Assembly: GCA_030690305.1 (NCBI GenBank)
Contig: JAUYHB010000006.1
Span: 5,668 to 69,667 of the forward strand
DNA: 64,000 bases
DNA from: a bacterium
GTDB taxonomy: Bacteria > Patescibacteriota > Minisyncoccia > Phycocordibacterales > JAGLPS01
Direction of reading: 5' to 3'
Made by a program: the position numbers and the translations under genes. The notes beneath the pieces were generated by a model. That model did no database searches. It was not told where the DNA came from and saw nothing but the letters and a program-made list of their open reading frames with translations. Positions 37,600 through 45,557 of this stretch are shown here, one piece after another. Within the stretch, counting starts at the first letter, position 1. Every line of letters begins with the position of its first letter.

Positions 37600-38229
37600 T
37601 TATCCGTTGCAGCATGCCTGCATACCAAAGAATCCTCTGAACGTTTTCACAAAAGGAATGTTCTTGTGAGAACGAACCATCGTGAGACGATCAAAAGAAA
37701 GGAACTTCCGGTAAGAAGGCTTTAATCTTTGGATGATTGGAAGTGACAAGGTGAGAAACGCCTTATGCGTAGGAAAAAGATTTTCCATCGCGAAACACAG
37801 CGGTACCCACTCAGGCGCTTTCCATTCTTCCTTCCGCACCTTCCCCCCGACTGATTCGGTGAAGGTTCGCATTTCCTTTCTCAAAAACAATTCTCTGCCT
37901 GTAGCGTCAACGAAAAAAATCTTCTGCGAGTAACCAAACATTGTACCAATGTCTTGAAGCTGCTCGCATTCGTTCGGTTTAAGCGTGACGCCAATTTTTT
38001 CTCTGCATGCGCGACACAGGGTTGATACGGGTTCCTCACCCGACAATTGCCTGCTTCCCGGAAGACGAAACATCCACTTCCCTGACCCCCTTCTTGCCGA
38101 ATACGCAAGAATGTAGGGTATCTCGTTCACTTCTTTGCTAATGATGCCCAGAGCATAATGTTCGCTTCTGTAGCCCACTATCTTTCGAATTGAAGAGCGA
38201 TACGGAAAAAGTGAACTGCGTTTTTCCAT
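37600..38229 (-). CDS. Orphan with degenerate Nudix fold
   Basis: FRLPGSRQLSGEEPVSTLCRACREKIGV (degenerate Nudix box); own TTGACA-N17-TATTGT promoter and GTTCTTTACAAC leader. Confidence 0.6.
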   Translation of the reverse strand: MEKRSSLFPYRSSIRKIVGYRSEHYALGIISKEVNEIPYILAYSARRGSGKWMFRLPGSRQLSGEEPVSTLCRACREKIGVTLKPNECEQLQDIGTMFGYSQKIFFVDATGRELFLRKEMRTFTESVGGKVRKEEWKAPEWVPLCFAMENLFPTHKAFLTLSLPIIQRLKPSYRKFLSFDRLTMVRSHKNIPFVKTFRGFFGMQACCNG

Positions 38230-38354
38230 AGATATCACCATCCTTTTTGTTTTTCGGTTGTAAAGAACTTTACACTGACAAACTGGGCAAACAATAACAA
38301 AAATTGGGTAGTTTGTCAATTATCTGTTCACACAGTTTTTGGCTTATTACAAAG

Positions 38355-38387
38355 AAAAAGCCCCGTTCACTTGAAAGTGAACGGGGC
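38355..38387 (-). terminator. Intrinsic terminator
   Basis: AAAAAGCCCCGTTCACT-TGAA-AGTGAACGGGGC. Confidence 0.8.
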
Positions 38388-38408
38388 GGAAGCGGGTTTT
38401 GCTTACTC

Positions 38409-38723
38409 TTACGAGGAGGCAAAACAATTGCAAGTGAGGCGGCGGAAGAAGGCGATAGTTACAAGAAAACCGAGAAAAACAATCGCCGCAACCAACAACA
38501 GGCCTCCCGCAGTCATGCCTGGAGGCAACAGAGACAGCGTACAGGCCGTATCACATCCCCCAGGACCGGCTTTGTGGAGAATTCCTGTCAGATTCCCCCA
38601 CTGGTGCACAATTGCCGGCCACAGCGTTCTGAGAATCTGCCAGAATATATACACATAGGCAAACAGTACAACTAAAAAGATACCGTAGGCGGTTTTATCC
38701 AAACCCTTTTCCGTCTTAGTCAT
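38409..38723 (-). CDS. Orphan two-TM membrane protein
   Basis: Two hydrophobic segments; TTGACA..TATGAT promoter, leader GTTCTTTCAAACAAAAAGGAGG. Confidence 0.7.
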   Translation of the reverse strand: MTKTEKGLDKTAYGIFLVVLFAYVYIFWQILRTLWPAIVHQWGNLTGILHKAGPGGCDTACTLSLLPPGMTAGGLLLVAAIVFLGFLVTIAFFRRLTCNCFASS

Positions 38724-38798
38724 TTCTCCTCCTTTTTGTTTGAAAGAACCTATATTTACTTTTCTTAATCATAACAAAAAAAAGAGGTTCTGTCAAAT

Positions 38799-38829
38799 AA
38801 AAACCCGCGCCTTTCGCAAAGCGCGGGTT
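38799..38829 (-). terminator. Intrinsic terminator
   Basis: AAAAACCCGCGC...GCGCGGGTT. Confidence 0.8.
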
Positions 38830-38838
38830 AAGATGTTC

Positions 38839-39162
38839 TTACAGTTCATCCAGTCTGTTATTTAAAAAAAGGTACAAAAACCTACCGACCGCATAGGCAC
38901 ACGTGAGACAGAAGCCCAATAGCGAAAGGAGTCCTACCCCCATCATCAAACCTTCAGCGGTTGCTAGGTTAACTCCCCAACCGCGCGACACGTTAATTGA
39001 AAACGTGATATGGGTTCCAAAAAGCCGGCTCAGGCAGAAATAGGAACCCCAGAGAAACAAAATGACAACAACCAGGCACAGAGAGACGAAAATATTCTGT
39101 ATAAACCTGATACGCTGTCTTTCTGCCCATTCTTTGTCGTCCAGTATATATTTGGTTATCAC
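38839..39162 (-). CDS. Orphan two-TM membrane protein, probable paralog of 38409..38723
   Basis: TAEGLMM..LLGFCLT versus TAGGLLL..FLGFLVT; TTGACA..GATAAT promoter, SD AAAGGAGG, GTG start. Confidence 0.68.
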   Translation of the reverse strand: MITKYILDDKEWAERQRIRFIQNIFVSLCLVVVILFLWGSYFCLSRLFGTHITFSINVSRGWGVNLATAEGLMMGVGLLSLLGFCLTCAYAVGRFLYLFLNNRLDEL

Positions 39163-39231
39163 ACAACCCTCCTTTTTGAATTTTTAAAATACGGGAATCT
39201 GGTGAAAATTATCAACATAAAAATCTTTCTG

Positions 39232-39816
39232 TCAAATAATATTTTTTAGAAAACTTCTTCGGTGCAATAAAGAAGGTCCGTGTTTTTTGATGCGCTTTAT
39301 GTGAAGAGAAGTTCCATAACCTTTATGGATTTCGAAAGAGTAATTCGGGTATAGTTTTGCATAACGCACCATCCTGCGGTCGCGCAGGACTTTCGCGATA
39401 ATTGATGCAAGACTGATAATCGGTTCTTTTTCGTCTCCTCCGATAATCGTTTTTTGAAAAGAAAATGATGGGGGCGCTTTCAGGCTTCCATCAAGAAGCA
39501 CAAGTGAGCGTTTTGGATTAACTTTTAATCGTTTCAGAAGACGTGCAATGCATAACCTCACTGCCTTTGCTATCCCTTTTTTGTCTATGGTAACCGATGA
39601 TGAAAAAGACACACTGTATAAAATTTTTTGTTTTTTGAGTTTAGAGAACCATTCTTCCCGTTTGGCCAAAGAAAGCGCCTTTGAGTTGCGGATATGTTTA
39701 AAAAAGGCTTTGGGAAATCCGACAGGAACAACAACCGCTCCCACGGAAACAGGACCGGCAAGCGGTCCTCTTCCTGCTTCGTCGATACCGACAATATATT
39801 GGATTTCTTTTCTCAT
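39232..39816 (-). CDS. rnhB: Ribonuclease HII
   Basis: GIDEAGRGPLAGPV, ASIIAKVLRD, HKGYGT, HRRSF. Confidence 0.96.
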   Translation of the reverse strand: MRKEIQYIVGIDEAGRGPLAGPVSVGAVVVPVGFPKAFFKHIRNSKALSLAKREEWFSKLKKQKILYSVSFSSSVTIDKKGIAKAVRLCIARLLKRLKVNPKRSLVLLDGSLKAPPSFSFQKTIIGGDEKEPIISLASIIAKVLRDRRMVRYAKLYPNYSFEIHKGYGTSLHIKRIKKHGPSLLHRRSFLKNII

Positions 39817-39864
39817 ACGCCCATCGTATCACGAACCCGCCGACGGTCTGATATAATTTCCTCA

Positions 39865-42800
39865 ATGTCATCTTTCGTCCATCTCCACACGCACAGCCAT
39901 TACAGCCTTCTCACCGGTTTGCCCAAGATTAAAAACCTTGTTTCGGAGACAAAAAAGCTTGGGATGGATGCCATCGCCCTGACGGATAACGGAAACCTAT
40001 ACGGAGCGGTTGAGTTTTACAAGGAATGCAAAAAAGCGGGAATAAAACCGATTATCGGAGTTGACACCTACGTTGCGGCGAGAAGCCGTCACGACAAGGA
40101 AGCAACTCTGGATTCGGTGCGGACACGCATCGTGCTTCTTGCAAAAAATCTTACCGGATACAAAAATCTTCTTAAACTCGTCACTCTTTCCTACCTTGAA
40201 GGTTTTTATTACAAGCCTCGTCTCGACAGAGAATTGATGGAGCGGTATGCGGAAGGCCTTATCTGCATTTCTCCTTCTTTCAGAGGAGATATCGCTCTTT
40301 CCGCAATTTCAAAAAATTTCGACAAAGCCAAGAAAAGCGCGGCATGGCATATAAAAACATTCGGAAAAGAAAACTTTTTTATAGAAATCACTCACCATCC
40401 TGAGATTGATGGGCACGCGGAAAAAATGAAATTTCTTCAGATATTCGCGAAAGAATTGGGTATACCCCTCGTGGCCGCCCACGATGTTTATTACCTCAAA
40501 GCTCAGGATAAAAAAGTGCGTGATACGATGATGTCGATTCAGATGAATAAGGAAACGCACTTCAACGATGTTGAAGATTTTTCCCTTATCGATTCCGATA
40601 CCGCGGCACGATACTTTGCGGACATTCCTGAGGCGGTCATCAACACGAAAAAAATAAGCGAGATGTGCAATCTTGAACTTGAGCTCGGGAAATGGGTGTT
40701 TCCCGCGGTACAACTCCCCGAGGGAAAAACTCACGATGATATGCTCCGCGATATTGTGGTAGAAGGACTTGAGCGGAAAAAAATGGAGAAAACGAAAGAG
40801 GTTGAAGAAAGAATCGAGTATGAGCTCGGAATTATTAGAAAAAAAGGTTACGCGCCGTATTTTCTTGTCGTCTGGGACCTGATGGAATATGCGCACGAAA
40901 AAAATATCCTTACCACCATCAGAGGTTCCGTCGCGGGGTCTTTGGTAACGTTTCTTGCAGGAATTACAAACGTCAATCCTCTTGAATACAAACTTCCGTT
41001 TGAACGTTTCCTCAATCCGGAGCGTCCGTCCCCGCCCGATATCGACATGGATTTCGCCGACAACCGGCGTGATGAGATGATTGATTACGCGAGACGCAAA
41101 TATGGCGAGGATAAAGTGGCGCAGATAGGTACGTTTGGAACAATGATGGCCAGAGCCGCCGTCCGCGATGTAGCGCGTGCCTTGGGCTACTCATACGGCG
41201 TCGGAGACCGTATCGCTAAACTTATTCCGTTCGGCTCGCAAGGTTTTCCCATGACCATAGACCACGCCCTTGAGATTACGCCGGAACTCAAATCCTCATA
41301 CGGCAACGATGCCGACACAAGAACCATTTTGGACATGGCGCGCGCGATTGAAGGATGCGCACGGCACATTTCCGTTCATGCCGCGGGCGTTGTTATTTCC
41401 CCCACTCCGCTTACCGACTTCGTGCCGCTCCAGTTTGACCCCAAAGGAGGAAAGCTGATCACCCAGTACGACATGCATTCCGTTGAAGACGCGGGACTTT
41501 TGAAATTCGATTTTCTCGGCATCAGAAACCTGTCCATTCTTGCGTACGCGGTTGAACTCGTGGCGGAGCTTAAGGGTGTGAAAGTCGATATTGAAAATAT
41601 TCCCCTTGATGACAAAAAAACTTTTGAAATGCTTGCGCGCGGAGAAACCATCGGCCTGTTCCAGCTCAACGGCGCCGGAATGACGCGTTATCTAAAAGAG
41701 CTCAGGGCAACGACAATTCACGATATAAACGCCATGGTTGCCTTGTATCGCCCCGGACCCCTTGAATCCATTCCGCTTTATATTGAGCGCAAACACAACT
41801 CAAAACTGGTTTCGTATCTGGACCCGCGCCTTAAGGATATCCTTTCCCAGTCGCACGGAGTTATTACGTATCAGGACGACGTTTTGTTGATTGCCATCAA
41901 TCTCGCCGGGTACTCTTGGCTTGAAGCGGATAAATTGCGCAAAGCGATGGGAAAGAAAATTCCGGCAGAAATGGAGGCGCAAAAAGAAAAATTACTTTCG
42001 GGCTTTATCAAAAACGGCATGACCAAGGAAAAAGCCGAGAAGCTTTGGAAACTTATTGAGCCATTTGCCGCGTACGGGTTCAACAAAGCTCACGCGGCAA
42101 GTTACGGAAAAGTCGCGTATCAGACTTCGTATATGAAGGCCAACTTCCCTGTCATTTATATGGCGGCGGTGCTCACCGCGGACGCGGGAGATGTGGAAAA
42201 AATCGCCGAAACCATCAACGAATGCAAGCGGATGGGCCTTGCCGTGCTTCCGCCGGACATCAACGAAAGTTTTAGAGACTTCACCGTTGTCGGAGGCGGC
42301 ACGGAAAATGAAAAAATACGTTTCGGCCTTTTGACTATCAAAAACCTCGGCGAAGGCGTGGCGCACAGTATCATTGACGAAAGAAAAGCGAACGGAAAAT
42401 ACACGTCGCTTAAAAATTTTCTTGACCGTATTACAGACAGGAATTTGAATAAAAAATCACTTGAGGCGCTTATCAAATCCGGTGCCCTTGATGAATTCGG
42501 GGAACGCGGGGAACTTATTCATAATCTCGAAAATATTCTTGAATATAACAAGCAGAAAAACCACGGGCCCAAAAACCAGGATTCTTTGTTCGGAAGCGTT
42601 CACGAAGAAAGCGCACCTCTTACGCTTGAAAAAGCAGGCGCCGCGGGGACGGAAGAAAAATTGACGTGGGAAAAAGAACTGCTCGGTTTATACGTTTCGG
42701 GACATCCATTGGATAAATTCAGAGAAAAACTTGAAAGCAGAGATTTCCCGATTTCAAAAATTAAGGACGGAATGAAAGAAGGTATGGAAGCGGTTGCGGC

Positions 42801-43026
42801 GGGGATTATTGAGGAAGCAAAAAGTATTCTTACCAAGCGCGGAGAACGGATGATGTTTCTTAAAATTACCGATTTTACGGGAAGCATCGAGGCTGTTGTC
42901 TTTCCCCGCGTATATGAGGAATACAAAGACATTCTTGTGCTTGATAAATGCGTCGCCCTGAAGGGAAAAATATCGAAACGCGACGGAGAGTCTAGTCTCG
43001 TCGTTGAGAAGGCAAAAATCTTGTAA
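39865..43026 (+). CDS. dnaE: DNA polymerase III subunit alpha
   Basis: PHP HLHTHSHYS, FERFLNPERPSPPDIDMDF, HAAGVVI, YGFNKAHA; ATG 7 nt after TATAAT. Confidence 0.97.
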   Translation: MSSFVHLHTHSHYSLLTGLPKIKNLVSETKKLGMDAIALTDNGNLYGAVEFYKECKKAGIKPIIGVDTYVAARSRHDKEATLDSVRTRIVLLAKNLTGYKNLLKLVTLSYLEGFYYKPRLDRELMERYAEGLICISPSFRGDIALSAISKNFDKAKKSAAWHIKTFGKENFFIEITHHPEIDGHAEKMKFLQIFAKELGIPLVAAHDVYYLKAQDKKVRDTMMSIQMNKETHFNDVEDFSLIDSDTAARYFADIPEAVINTKKISEMCNLELELGKWVFPAVQLPEGKTHDDMLRDIVVEGLERKKMEKTKEVEERIEYELGIIRKKGYAPYFLVVWDLMEYAHEKNILTTIRGSVAGSLVTFLAGITNVNPLEYKLPFERFLNPERPSPPDIDMDFADNRRDEMIDYARRKYGEDKVAQIGTFGTMMARAAVRDVARALGYSYGVGDRIAKLIPFGSQGFPMTIDHALEITPELKSSYGNDADTRTILDMARAIEGCARHISVHAAGVVISPTPLTDFVPLQFDPKGGKLITQYDMHSVEDAGLLKFDFLGIRNLSILAYAVELVAELKGVKVDIENIPLDDKKTFEMLARGETIGLFQLNGAGMTRYLKELRATTIHDINAMVALYRPGPLESIPLYIERKHNSKLVSYLDPRLKDILSQSHGVITYQDDVLLIAINLAGYSWLEADKLRKAMGKKIPAEMEAQKEKLLSGFIKNGMTKEKAEKLWKLIEPFAAYGFNKAHAASYGKVAYQTSYMKANFPVIYMAAVLTADAGDVEKIAETINECKRMGLAVLPPDINESFRDFTVVGGGTENEKIRFGLLTIKNLGEGVAHSIIDERKANGKYTSLKNFLDRITDRNLNKKSLEALIKSGALDEFGERGELIHNLENILEYNKQKNHGPKNQDSLFGSVHEESAPLTLEKAGAAGTEEKLTWEKELLGLYVSGHPLDKFREKLESRDFPISKIKDGMKEGMEAVAAGIIEEAKSILTKRGERMMFLKITDFTGSIEAVVFPRVYEEYKDILVLDKCVALKGKISKRDGESSLVVEKAKIL

Positions 43027-43037
43027 GAAGTGGATAT

Positions 43038-43071
43038 AAAAAAGAAGCGAGTTTAAATCTCGCTTCTTTTT
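43038..43071. terminator. Bidirectional intrinsic terminator
   Basis: AAAAAAGAAGCGAG...CTCGCTTCTTTTT. Confidence 0.85.
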
Positions 43072-43089
43072 AGTTGATCTTGCTCGTGC

Positions 43090-43476
43090 CTATGCTTCCA
43101 ATATTGCACAAGGTGCAAGAGTTTCCTTGTTAAGAAATGTCACAGAGACCTTTCTTCCTTTTCCGCTCAGAAGGAGGGCCGACTGGAATCTTTCATTATC
43201 TATCAAAGGTTTAAAGTTAAGATAACGAGAGTATGGACTAAGATACGAGCGTAGTTCATTTTCGTGCTCTTTCATGAAAGAAACTAATTTTTCCATCGCC
43301 TTTCTATCTTCATGTAAAGGACGCAAATTGAAGGCAAAACTGATTATGGCATGAGCAACTTCCCTTTGAAGGAAAAGGTGCTGGGATACAAGGTCATCCT
43401 TTTCTTTATCGAGTCGAAACCTAAAAGGATACCCCCGCCACCAAATCAAAAATCTGTTCAACACGTTTAAAATCAT
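43090..43476 (-). CDS. Orphan hypothetical protein
   Basis: TTGACT promoter and SD AAAGGAGGT upstream, terminator downstream. Confidence 0.65.
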   Translation of the reverse strand: MILNVLNRFLIWWRGYPFRFRLDKEKDDLVSQHLFLQREVAHAIISFAFNLRPLHEDRKAMEKLVSFMKEHENELRSYLSPYSRYLNFKPLIDNERFQSALLLSGKGRKVSVTFLNKETLAPCAILEA

Positions 43477-43588
43477 AAAGAACCTCCTTTCCGTTTAAGA
43501 TTATTTAAAAGTAAATTGGTACAAAAGTCAAGATTCCCTACAAAACAATGCATGGATATTTCTTGTAATAATTGCTAGTATTTTCAAC

Positions 43589-45313
43589 ATGGACTCGAAA
43601 AAACTAGAACACCTGCGACACTCTCTTGCCCATCTCTTGGCAGCAGCAGTCCTGAAGTTATACCCCGATGCAAAGCCTACCCTCGGGCCCGCCATTGATA
43701 ACGGTTTTTATTACGACTTTGACTTTCCCACCCCGGTTGCGGAAACCGACCTTCCGAAAATTCAAAATGTAATGCGGGAGATTTTAAAAACGTGGGATTC
43801 TTTCGAAGGAGAAGAGGTTCCTCCGGAAGAAGCAAGAAAACGATTTCAACACAATCCGTACAAACTTGAACTTATAGATGAAATAGTCGGGAAAAAAGAA
43901 CCCCTGACTTTGTATACATCGGGAACATTCACCGATTTGTGCCGCGGTGGGCACGTTGAAGACATAAAAGAAATAAAGCCCGACGCATTCGAGCTTTCTC
44001 GCCTTGCCGGAGCATATTGGCGTGGTGATGAAAAAAATAAAATGCTTACTCGTATTTATGGCCTTGCGTTTCCAGATAAAAAGGAACTCGAAGAATACAA
44101 AAAAATGATGGCGGAGGCGGAAAAACGCGACCATCGAAAATTGGGCAAGGATCTGAAGTTTTTTACTTTTGACGATGATGTTGGTCCGGGACTTCCGCTG
44201 TGGTTACCGAATGGCACGGTGGTGATTGAGGAATTAGAAAAATTAGCAAAAAAAACCGAGAAGGATGCCGGCTATAAACAGGTACGTACCCCGCATATTG
44301 CCAAAGAGTCCATGTATAAGAAAAGCGGACATCTTCCCTATTACGAGGAAACCATGTTCCCTCCGATGGAGTATGAGGGCGGAAGATATTACTTGAGAGC
44401 GATGAATTGCCCTCATCACCACAAGATTTTCGCGTCAGAAAAACGCAGTTATAAAGATTTGCCATTGCGCCTGTCGGAATATGGCACGGTATACCGTCAC
44501 GAAAAATCCGGGGAATTGTTCGGCCTTATGAGAGTGCGTATGCTTCAGATGAACGACGCACATATTTACTGCAGCGAGGAACAGTTCGCCGATGAATTCA
44601 GGAAAGTGAATGACATGTATCTTCATTATTTTAAAATTTTCGGTTTGGGAAAATATGTGATGCGTTTTTCCACGCATGACCCAAAAAAACTCGGGGAGAA
44701 GTATGTTGATGAGCCGGAATTGTGGGAAAAAACCGAGAATATGGTGCGAAATGTTCTTGTTGAATCAAAGATTCCCTACGTGGAAGTTCCCAATGAAGCG
44801 GCTTTTTACGGACCCAAAATCGACGTGCAAGTATGGAGCGCGATTGGCAGAGAATTTACCCTTGCTACGAATCAAGTTGATTTTGCCGTACCAAAACGAT
44901 TCAACCTTACGTACACCACAAAGGAGGGACGGGAAGAAACTCCTTTATGTATCCATCGTGCACCGCTTGGAACTCATGAACGTTTCATCGGCTTTCTAAT
45001 TGAGCACTACGCCGGAGCATTCCCCTACTGGCTTTCTCCCGTGCAGGTAAAAGTGCTTTCTATAGGAGAAAATCACAAGAAATTCTCCAAAAAAGTTTCC
45101 GAATTTCTGAATGAAAATAATGTGCGCGTAGAGCTTGATGACACTGATGAGGGACTCGGCAAAAAAATACGCGCTGCAAAAGTAAGCAAGGTTCCGTATA
45201 TTTTTGTCATTGGAGATAAAGAAGTTGAAGCGGAAAGCGTCACTATTGAAAGCAGGGACAAGGGAAACATCGGCGTTCACCCACTTGATAAGATAATTCC
45301 GGAACTCAAATAA
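43589..45313 (+). CDS. thrS: Threonyl-tRNA synthetase (lacks TGS/N1 domain)
   Basis: RHSLAH, DLCRGGH, RDHRKLG, MNCPHH, FYGPKID, HRAPLGTHERF. Confidence 0.97.
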   Translation: MDSKKLEHLRHSLAHLLAAAVLKLYPDAKPTLGPAIDNGFYYDFDFPTPVAETDLPKIQNVMREILKTWDSFEGEEVPPEEARKRFQHNPYKLELIDEIVGKKEPLTLYTSGTFTDLCRGGHVEDIKEIKPDAFELSRLAGAYWRGDEKNKMLTRIYGLAFPDKKELEEYKKMMAEAEKRDHRKLGKDLKFFTFDDDVGPGLPLWLPNGTVVIEELEKLAKKTEKDAGYKQVRTPHIAKESMYKKSGHLPYYEETMFPPMEYEGGRYYLRAMNCPHHHKIFASEKRSYKDLPLRLSEYGTVYRHEKSGELFGLMRVRMLQMNDAHIYCSEEQFADEFRKVNDMYLHYFKIFGLGKYVMRFSTHDPKKLGEKYVDEPELWEKTENMVRNVLVESKIPYVEVPNEAAFYGPKIDVQVWSAIGREFTLATNQVDFAVPKRFNLTYTTKEGREETPLCIHRAPLGTHERFIGFLIEHYAGAFPYWLSPVQVKVLSIGENHKKFSKKVSEFLNENNVRVELDDTDEGLGKKIRAAKVSKVPYIFVIGDKEVEAESVTIESRDKGNIGVHPLDKIIPELK

Positions 45314-45348
45314 AAAACCCGCTTCAAGCGGATTTTTTATTTGAGTTC
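45302..45348 (+). terminator. thrS terminator hairpin
   Basis: GAACTCAAATAAAAAACCCGC-TTCAA-GCGGATTTTTTATTTGAGTTC. Confidence 0.8.
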
Positions 45349-45374
45349 TTGTTTTCTCTTCACGTTAGAGTGAA

Positions 45375-45546
45375 AATTTATTTTTGCCAAACCTTGCGGA
45401 GTCCGAAGAGGGCGTGAGAAAGAGAATACTTGAAGCTTCCGCAAGACCTTGTGAGGTTTTTTCTTAAAAACCCACAAGGTGTACAGCTCCTGTAAGGAGC
45501 AGAGAAAAATTCAGCAGAATTTTATCGTGTTTGGGAAAAATAAATT
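45375..45546. ncRNA. Candidate multi-branched structured RNA or MITE-like element
   Basis: 18-bp terminal inverted repeat with 1 mismatch enclosing four hairpins. Confidence 0.45.
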
Positions 45547-45557
45547 GGAACGGGTTT

